DNA of 64,000 bases from Bacteriovoracia bacterium (GTDB lineage: Bacteria > Bdellovibrionota > UBA1018 > CAIPTA01). The position numbers were made by a program, and so were the translations under genes. The notes below the pieces were generated by a model, which did not search any database, had not been told where the DNA came from, and saw only the letters and a program-made list of their open reading frames with translations. The stretch is from the NCBI GenBank assembly GCA_050246755.1, contig JBFWVL010000001.1, positions 1,792,001 through 1,856,000 of the forward strand, given 5' to 3'. Below, in pieces: positions 57,595 through 64,000 of this stretch (position 1 is the stretch's first letter; every line of letters begins with the position of its first letter).

Positions 57595-58029
57595 ATGCCA
57601 GTCGGTGAAGAAATTATTTGTTTTTGCTCGTCCTGCAAACTCGATTTGCGCCACGTGATCGTTGCGCACAAATCGGGAAATTCCGGGCCGATCTCGAAAG
57701 TACGCTGCAATACCTGCAAGAAAATCCACGCGTACCGCAATAATCCGGCGCATACGGCCTCCGCTTCCACCCGCACCCGCAAAGAATCCTCCCCTAGGGA
57801 AAAAGTTCAGGTAATTCCCATTGAAGTAGAATGGCGCGAGCAATTGCGCTCCAACGAAAATAAGCCTTCGGTAAAGTACGCGCCCACGGGAGAGTTCAAG
57901 GTGGGGGACGTGATCGATCATCCCACCTTCGGCTGCGGGATCGTGCGCTCCATGAAAGACGCGAATAAATTTGAAGTGCTTTTCCAGCGTGACGTAAAAA
58001 CGCTGGTGCACAAACTGAAAGAGGACTGA
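57595..58029 (+). CDS. Zinc-ribbon plus Tudor-like hypothetical protein
   Basis: AGGAG SD; CSSC..H..CNTC..H; FKVGDVIDHPTFGCGIV. Confidence 0.75.
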   Translation: MPVGEEIICFCSSCKLDLRHVIVAHKSGNSGPISKVRCNTCKKIHAYRNNPAHTASASTRTRKESSPREKVQVIPIEVEWREQLRSNENKPSVKYAPTGEFKVGDVIDHPTFGCGIVRSMKDANKFEVLFQRDVKTLVHKLKED

Positions 58030-58030
58030 T

Positions 58031-59221
58031 ATGTCGGAAATTATCACCGAGACTCAGAAGCCAGGAACCGTAACGTATCCCACCTATACGGTGCCGGATC
58101 ATATCTTGAACCGCTTTCCGAAAGCTCCCCGCTCGATCTGGGCCGGGGCCGCCGAGAAGGACTGGAATAACTGGATCTGGCAGCAGCAACAACGCGTACG
58201 CAACCTCGAGGGCCTCGAGAAGGTGATCAAAGTTACCGACGATGAGCGTAAGGCCTACGAAGGATCCGTGGAGATGTTCAATATGAGCATCACTCCTTAC
58301 TATGCTTCGCTGATGGATCCTGATAATCCGAATTGCCCAATCCGTTTGCAAGCCGTGCCGAAATTAGGCGAGCTGCATATTTCTCCCGAAGATTTGGAAG
58401 ATCCCCTGGCCGAGGAGCGCGATATGCCGGTGCCCGGGCTCACGCACCGCTATCCCGACCGTGTACTGTTCTACACCACCCACAACTGCGCGATGTACTG
58501 CCGCTTTTGCACGAGGAAGCGCAAGGTTTCCGATCCGGGCTCGGCCGCGCAGACCAAGCAGCTCGACGGCGCGCTCGAGTATATCCGTAATCACAAAGAG
58601 ATCCGCGACGTGGTGATCTCCGGGGGCGACCCGCTCTCGAACTCCGACGAGCGCCTCGATTATATCTTGAGCTCGCTCCGCGCGATGCCTCATATCGAGA
58701 TGTTCCGCATGGGAACGCGTAACCTCGTTACGCTCCCCCAGCGCATCACCGACGATTTCATCTATATGCTACGCAAGCACCACCCGGTGTACGTGAATAC
58801 CCACTTCAACCACCCCAAGGAGTGCACCCGCGAAGCCTACGATGCTTGCCGCCGTCTGGCGGACGCCGGGGTTCCGATTTCCAATCAGGCCGTATTGCTC
58901 AAGGGCGTGAACGACGATCCGAAGATCTTCAAAGAGCTGAACCACAAGCTCCTGATGATGCGTGTTCGTCCTTACTATATTTATCAGTGCGATCTTTCGC
59001 AGGGGATTTCCCACTTCCGCACTCCGATCGAGAAGGGCCTTGAGATCATTGAGAACCTCCGTGGCTGGACTTCTGGTCTCGCGGTTCCTCACCTCGTGAT
59101 CGATGCTCCGGGCGGCGGCGGAAAAATCCCGATCATGCCCCAGTACTTGCTGAAAAAAGAAGGCAAGAAGGTAACGCTGAGAAACTTCCGTAAGGAAGAA
59201 TTCACCTATATCGAGCCGTAG
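58031..59221 (+). CDS. KamA-family radical SAM lysine 2,3-aminomutase
   Basis: THRYPDR, CAMYCRFC, SGGDPL, YQCD, DAPGGGGK. Confidence 0.92.
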   Translation: MSEIITETQKPGTVTYPTYTVPDHILNRFPKAPRSIWAGAAEKDWNNWIWQQQQRVRNLEGLEKVIKVTDDERKAYEGSVEMFNMSITPYYASLMDPDNPNCPIRLQAVPKLGELHISPEDLEDPLAEERDMPVPGLTHRYPDRVLFYTTHNCAMYCRFCTRKRKVSDPGSAAQTKQLDGALEYIRNHKEIRDVVISGGDPLSNSDERLDYILSSLRAMPHIEMFRMGTRNLVTLPQRITDDFIYMLRKHHPVYVNTHFNHPKECTREAYDACRRLADAGVPISNQAVLLKGVNDDPKIFKELNHKLLMMRVRPYYIYQCDLSQGISHFRTPIEKGLEIIENLRGWTSGLAVPHLVIDAPGGGGKIPIMPQYLLKKEGKKVTLRNFRKEEFTYIEP

Positions 59222-59254
59222 GCTTGTTACTTCCGCTGCGGAAGGAATGGCGCG

Positions 59255-60523
59255 TTATTCCGCAGAGCGATGGCTTTTTTCTAATGGCTCGTGGCCCGGT
59301 TTCGCTTTTCTCTTCTTCGCGGGCGCGGGACTTTTCTTTTTTTCCACGATGGGAATGATGCCCTTGGCGGGCGGGCCGATCAGTTCCGGGACAGGCGGAA
59401 AATAATTCGGCGCTTCCGGCGTGCGCAGCTTCAGCAGCATCTTGCTCGCGCAGCTGCTACAGCTATTGAATTCCCCCACGTAGTGAAAGATCTTCCGGAA
59501 GGGCTCGATGTCTTTTGCGAACTCATCGAAGCGTTCGGTGCCGCGGTAGGCGGTTTCGCACTCGTATTTATTCGTGGCCGCATTCGCCTTTTCCACCCGA
59601 ACCTCGTGAAGGTCGGTGCCGCCGAAGATATAAAGCTCTCCGCCTTTTTCGTGTTTCTTTTTCGTGGCCTCTTCCTCTTCCTCGTTTTTCTCTTCTTTTT
59701 CCTTCTTCGCCTCTTGGGCCATGAGCAAGGTATAGTCGAGGTTGAAGGTGCGGGTCTTGAACTTCCCTTTCTCGTCGCGCTCGGGAACCCAGAACTCGAT
59801 GGAGCGGTCGAAGCCCGTGGCATCACTTCCGCAGTCGATGGCCTTGATGCCGAGCGTATTTTCTCTCAATATCTGCTGCATCTCTTCCACCTGGGAATCG
59901 CAGTGCGCCAGCACGTTGCCCACGATATTTACGCTCGCCACCACGAGGCCGCTCACGAACAGCTTTCCCACGTAGCCGAAGTTTGATTCGAGGAGGGCGG
60001 TGGGAGAGCGGAACATGAACTCGAATTTGCTCTCGATGCAGGTGAGCTGCAGGGCTTCGGCCTGGGCCAAAGGAGGCGCGAGCCAGGACGGGAACAGGCG
60101 AAGTGCGGTTTTCTTTTTCAGTCGGCCATCGATTCGCTGCAGGGTTTCCAGGAGCGTGGCGCGTTCGCCGAAAAATATTTTTTCGCCGTTTAGGATCACT
60201 TCGCCTTTTCCGGCATTGGCGAAGTCGGCGGTGATTCCGTCCACGGTGATCACGAGCTCCGCATCATTGAAGCGCCGCTTAATCTCCGGCATTTTTTCGG
60301 AGAGTTTGGGTAGGCGGAGGAGGGAGGCTTTATCGATCCGGGAAAATAGGCGCGTCGATTCAATCCATTCCCGCACGGTCTGGTTTTTCCGTGCTTCGGC
60401 CACGAATCCAGTTATTTTCTCGCGCACCTCGGCGCGAATCGGTGCTTTCGTGGGCACGGCCGCCAGGCCCGCGAGGGGGCTCGCGAAAAGAAGGATCAGG
60501 CTAAGTTGGACGAACGGCTTCAT
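59255..60523 (-). CDS. Secreted hypothetical protein
   Basis: Signal peptide; Lys/Glu-rich insert; CSSC; C-terminus LEKSHRSAE. Confidence 0.7.
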   Translation of the reverse strand: MKPFVQLSLILLFASPLAGLAAVPTKAPIRAEVREKITGFVAEARKNQTVREWIESTRLFSRIDKASLLRLPKLSEKMPEIKRRFNDAELVITVDGITADFANAGKGEVILNGEKIFFGERATLLETLQRIDGRLKKKTALRLFPSWLAPPLAQAEALQLTCIESKFEFMFRSPTALLESNFGYVGKLFVSGLVVASVNIVGNVLAHCDSQVEEMQQILRENTLGIKAIDCGSDATGFDRSIEFWVPERDEKGKFKTRTFNLDYTLLMAQEAKKEKEEKNEEEEEATKKKHEKGGELYIFGGTDLHEVRVEKANAATNKYECETAYRGTERFDEFAKDIEPFRKIFHYVGEFNSCSSCASKMLLKLRTPEAPNYFPPVPELIGPPAKGIIPIVEKKKSPAPAKKRKAKPGHEPLEKSHRSAE

Positions 60524-60534
60524 GGCTATTAAAC

Positions 60535-60562
60535 GTTTCGGTCTCGCCGTGAGAATTCTTCA
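60535..60562 (-). promoter_or_regulatory. Sigma28/FliA-like promoter candidate
   Basis: TGAAG-N15-ACCGAAAC upstream of ATG 60523. Confidence 0.4.
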
Positions 60563-60632
60563 GTGAAATTAGGGAAAAACCTCGGGAAAACAGAAGCTTG
60601 ACCAATATTCCGGGGCGTTCTACACCAACCCT

Positions 60633-61715
60633 ATGGCGCAGCAATGGCAAAACGATATCCGGGAAGCGGTAACCACGCTGGCCGATCCCCGCCTAACTGG
60701 CTATGCCTTCCTTTCCCGGCTGGGAAGTTTCATTCCAGCAATAGAAGCCCAGTTCCGCACTCTGGTTTCTCCCTATTACCTTTCGCTCATCCACCGCGCC
60801 GATCCCCACGATCCGATCGCGCGCATGGCCTTTCCCAGCTCCGCGGAAGCCTCCACGATCGGCTTGCGCGATCCGATCGGCGATCTCGATCAGAAAGCCG
60901 CCCCCCGTCTCACGCACCGCTACCGCGATCGCGCGCTCCTGCACGTGACCAATCTTTGCCCGATGTATTGCCGGTTTTGCTTCCGTAAAAATCTCATGAA
61001 CGAAAGGGAGGAAGAGCTCTACGCCGGAGATTTCGACCAGGCCTTCGCTTACCTTGCCGTGCATCCGGAAGTGGAAGAGCTGATCTTGACGGGCGGCGAC
61101 CCTTGGATGCTCTCGAACGAAAAGCTTTCGGCGCTCGTGGAGCGCGTGGCGGAAGAACTGCCGTCGATCCAGCGCCTGCGCTTCCATACCCGGATGCCCG
61201 TTACCTTGCCTTCGCGCGTGAACGAAGGCCTGCTTGGCGCCATCGTGCGGCCGAATAATTTCCGCACTTTTGTGGTTACGCATTTTAACCATCCCCGCGA
61301 ACTCACGCCGGAAGCCAAGAGGGCCACCGATGACTTGGCCGACCGGGGGATCATTCTCCTGAATCAGGCCGTGCTCCTGCGCGGAGTGAACGACAGCGCG
61401 GAAACCCTGCGCACGCTCTTCGTGGGCCTCGGCAATAGGGGGATTCTGCCATACTACCTGCACCACTGCGATTTGGTGGCGGGCGCCGAGCATTTCCGTT
61501 TGCCGCTAAAAGAAGGCCGCGCTCTCGTGGCGGAATTGCGCGGGAAGCTGCCGGGGTATTTATTACCGGAATACGTGCTCGATCTGCCAGGTGGGCTGGG
61601 GAAAATTCCCGTGGGGCAAAGCTTCGTGGAAAGCGAAAATAACGGGGAATACCTATTGCGCGGGCGGGAAGGCGAGCGGATCCCCTATCGCGACGTGGAA
61701 ACTATTTTGCACTAG
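60633..61715 (+). CDS. Second KamA-family radical SAM enzyme (EpmB-like)
   Basis: THRYRDR, CPMYCRFCFRK, TGGDP, YYLHHCD, DLPGGLGK; TTGACC-N17-TACACC 6 nt before ATG. Confidence 0.88.
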   Translation: MAQQWQNDIREAVTTLADPRLTGYAFLSRLGSFIPAIEAQFRTLVSPYYLSLIHRADPHDPIARMAFPSSAEASTIGLRDPIGDLDQKAAPRLTHRYRDRALLHVTNLCPMYCRFCFRKNLMNEREEELYAGDFDQAFAYLAVHPEVEELILTGGDPWMLSNEKLSALVERVAEELPSIQRLRFHTRMPVTLPSRVNEGLLGAIVRPNNFRTFVVTHFNHPRELTPEAKRATDDLADRGIILLNQAVLLRGVNDSAETLRTLFVGLGNRGILPYYLHHCDLVAGAEHFRLPLKEGRALVAELRGKLPGYLLPEYVLDLPGGLGKIPVGQSFVESENNGEYLLRGREGERIPYRDVETILH

Positions 61716-61959
61716 CGCTTTTCATTCGTCCGTTTCGAGTCTTTCAAGATCTTCACCACTTCAAATTGTTTTCCCGAAAAGTAGTTCCGGTATGCACGAT
61801 TCCGCCCACGGCGATTTTCGTAATGCCGGTTTCTCGGCCAAAGCCAGCAGGCGAGGGAAAACATGCCCTATCCCTAGCTGAATTTCGCTAGCCTTTTACC
61901 GGGTGGAGAAAAGGCCGGATCCTGCCGATACGAAAGTAGGTTTAGCAGAGGATTAGTTC

Positions 61960-62661
61960 ATGAAATCTCTTTCACTACTGAGCGCGGTATTCTTCGGCCT
62001 GCCTTTACTGGCACACGCCGCTAACCTGCAAGAGCGCGGCACCTGGAAGGGCCCGAGCAAAACGGTGGAAGTGAAGGCGAATTCCATTCGCTTCAACGGG
62101 CAGGAATATACATTCGGAAAAGAAGAGCTGAAGAAAGCCTATTCCGCGGTGGCCTGGGACGTGATCCTCTGCAAGGCCGATATCAGGCAGGCGTTCAGAA
62201 CGAAAACCGGTGAAGTGGTGCTCCTGAACGTTACGCGTTCCAAGACTTCGCTGTCCGACGGGGTATTTTGCCGGCTCAGCGAGGACGCGAGCCAGTTCAA
62301 GCAAGTGCACGAGTTCCAGCAAATCGTGTTGAAGGAAGAGGCTGGTAATTTAGCGATCAAGGTAACGGACGTGAAAGACGGGAAGCAAAGGCCCGACATT
62401 ACGCTCGCCGATCTGCAAGACCCTCAGCTCCTGGAAAAAAATGCCAAGCTCCGTAAGTTCATCCAAAAGGGTGATCAGGTGGACGGCCGGATAGTTTCTA
62501 CCGGCAGCGTAAAAGAATTCGAGCTCTCCAGCTTCCAAGCGAAAAGGCAGGTTTCTCCCACAGTGGGGGACGAAGAAAAGCGCGAGGAAGCTTCGGAAAA
62601 ATTCGTGCCGGCCATGGCCGAAAGCCAGGGCGAGGAAGAAATTCAGGTGGAGCTGAAATAA
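61960..62661 (+). CDS. Secreted hypothetical protein, C-terminus GEEEIQVELK
   Basis: Signal peptide ending AHA; GCCGATAC box at 61924-61931. Confidence 0.75.
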   Translation: MKSLSLLSAVFFGLPLLAHAANLQERGTWKGPSKTVEVKANSIRFNGQEYTFGKEELKKAYSAVAWDVILCKADIRQAFRTKTGEVVLLNVTRSKTSLSDGVFCRLSEDASQFKQVHEFQQIVLKEEAGNLAIKVTDVKDGKQRPDITLADLQDPQLLEKNAKLRKFIQKGDQVDGRIVSTGSVKEFELSSFQAKRQVSPTVGDEEKREEASEKFVPAMAESQGEEEIQVELK

Positions 62662-62662
62662 C

Positions 62663-64000
62663 TCAGCCCGTGGCCTTCGATTCCAAAATCTGCAATTCCA
62701 GCTGTTTAAGCGCACGCACGCGATCGCGCAGCGCGGCCGCTTCCTCGAACTCGTGCTCTTTCGCGGCCAGCTGCATCGCCTTGTGGAACTTTTCGATGGC
62801 GGCCCGAACATCCTTGATGGACTTGAGCCCCTTCATATCGTAGGCCTCCACGTCGCCCATGGCTTTTTCGGCGGGAGAAAGGCTCGTGCCTTCGGCCGCG
62901 AGCTGGCCTTCCCACTGGCGGATTCCGCGGATAACGGTTTTGGGCACGATGCCGTGCTCGAGGTTATAGGCGCGCTGCTTCTCACGGCGGCGATCGGTTT
63001 CGCCCACGGCCTGCTCGATGCTTTTTGTCATCTTATCGGCGTAAAGAATCACGCGGCCTTCGGCGTTCCGGGCGGCGCGGCCGATGGTTTGAATCAAGGA
63101 TCTGGCGGATCTCAGGAAGCCTTCTTTATCCGCGTCGAGGATGGCCACCAGCGAAACCTCGGGCAAATCCAAGCCTTCGCGGAGCAAGTTGATTCCGATC
63201 AAAACGTCGAAGATCCCCATGCGCAAATCACGCAGGATCTCGATCCTTTCGAGGGTATCGATATCGGAGTGGAGGTACTTCACGCGGATTCCCTTGGAGA
63301 GCAGGAAGGTGGTGAGATCCTCGGAGGATTTTTTCGTGAGCGTGGTCACGAGCACGCGGGTTTTCAGCTCCGGCGCCACGTTTACTTTCTTTTTGATTTC
63401 CTCGAGAAGATCGTCCACTTGGGTGCGTGCCGGTTTGATCGTGATTTCGGGATCGAGCAATCCAGTGGGGCGGATGATCTGTTCCACGATCTCGCCGCCG
63501 GTCTGGTTGAGTTCATAGTCGGCGGGCGTGGCGCTCACGTAGAGCAGCGAAGAGGCTTTCGCGTCGATGATACTGGTTACTTCCTCGAATTTCAACGGCC
63601 GGTTATCGAGGGCGGAGGGCAAACGGAAGCCGTATTCCACGAGGCTAGATTTACGCGCGCGGTCCCCTTTGTACATGGCACCTAGCTGGGGGGTGGTCAC
63701 GTGGCTTTCGTCGAGCACCATGATGAAGTCTTTCGGGAAATAATCGAGGAGGGTCGTAGGCGCTTCGCCCTCGGCACGGCCGTCGAGGTGGCGAGAATAG
63801 TTCTCGATTCCTTTGCACACGCCGATCTCTTCCATCATTTCCACGTCGTAAAGCGTGCGCTGCTCGAGGCGTTTCGCCTCCAGAGTTTTTCCGATCGAGG
63901 TGAGCTGTTCGAGGCGATCGCGCAGCTCGGTAAGAATATTGTGAATCGCCCGTTTGCGCGTGGTGGCTTCGGTAACGTAGTGCGTGGCGGGATAAATCGC
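62663..64000 (-). CDS. uvrB: Excinuclease ABC subunit B (5' part outside window)
   Basis: [41 protein letters not shown]-terminal UVR. Confidence 0.97.
   Translation of the reverse strand, partial: AIYPATHYVTEATTRKRAIHNILTELRDRLEQLTSIGKTLEAKRLEQRTLYDVEMMEEIGVCKGIENYSRHLDGRAEGEAPTTLLDYFPKDFIMVLDESHVTTPQLGAMYKGDRARKSSLVEYGFRLPSALDNRPLKFEEVTSIIDAKASSLLYVSATPADYELNQTGGEIVEQIIRPTGLLDPEITIKPARTQVDDLLEEIKKKVNVAPELKTRVLVTTLTKKSSEDLTTFLLSKGIRVKYLHSDIDTLERIEILRDLRMGIFDVLIGINLLREGLDLPEVSLVAILDADKEGFLRSARSLIQTIGRAARNAEGRVILYADKMTKSIEQAVGETDRRREKQRAYNLEHGIVPKTVIRGIRQWEGQLAAEGTSLSPAEKAMGDVEAYDMKGLKSIKDVRAAIEKFHKAMQLAAKEHEFEEAAALRDRVRALKQLELQILESKATG

Noticed and set aside
59640-59710. Purine-rich low-complexity tract
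   Set aside because: Encodes the Lys/Glu-rich insert of ORF 59255-60523; not an independent repeat.
1-64000. CRISPR array, prophage, IS, retron, rRNA or tRNA
   Set aside because: No regularly spaced repeats, phage, transposase or RT motifs, or cloverleafs were seen by eye; a short tRNA could have been missed.

Overview
A dense, GC-rich bacterial chromosomal segment with about 70 CDSs. No rRNA, tRNA, CRISPR array, integrase or IS transposase was seen. Gene content and style suggest a Bdellovibrionota/Oligoflexia-like organism (inference): many orphan secreted proteins, a NodB-type deacetylase lipoprotein, a family-typical HNH gene and two KamA paralogs. Housekeeping genes include epmA, trxB, a glutamate dehydrogenase, smpB, rsmA, tsaD, prs-pth-ychF, ftsY, queC, hisC, cmk, pal-cpoB, a peroxiredoxin, suhB, uvrC and uvrB. 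The most notable unexplained signals are: (1) a roughly 390-nt promoter-to-terminator, hairpin-rich transcript at about 47.0-47.4 kb with a possibly switchable SD and a 26-aa ORF; (2) orphan secreted proteins sharing sigma28-like promoters, two of them ending in an identical acidic '...VELK' C-terminus (candidate sorting signal); (3) a recurrent leaderless promoter architecture; (4) a GC-skew inversion centred on an HNH gene; (5) a queC-DUF366 pair; (6) a degenerate UshA-like/tetraheme lipoprotein behind pal-cpoB; (7) a UvrC lacking its HhH domain. All calls come from reading motifs by eye; no searches were run.
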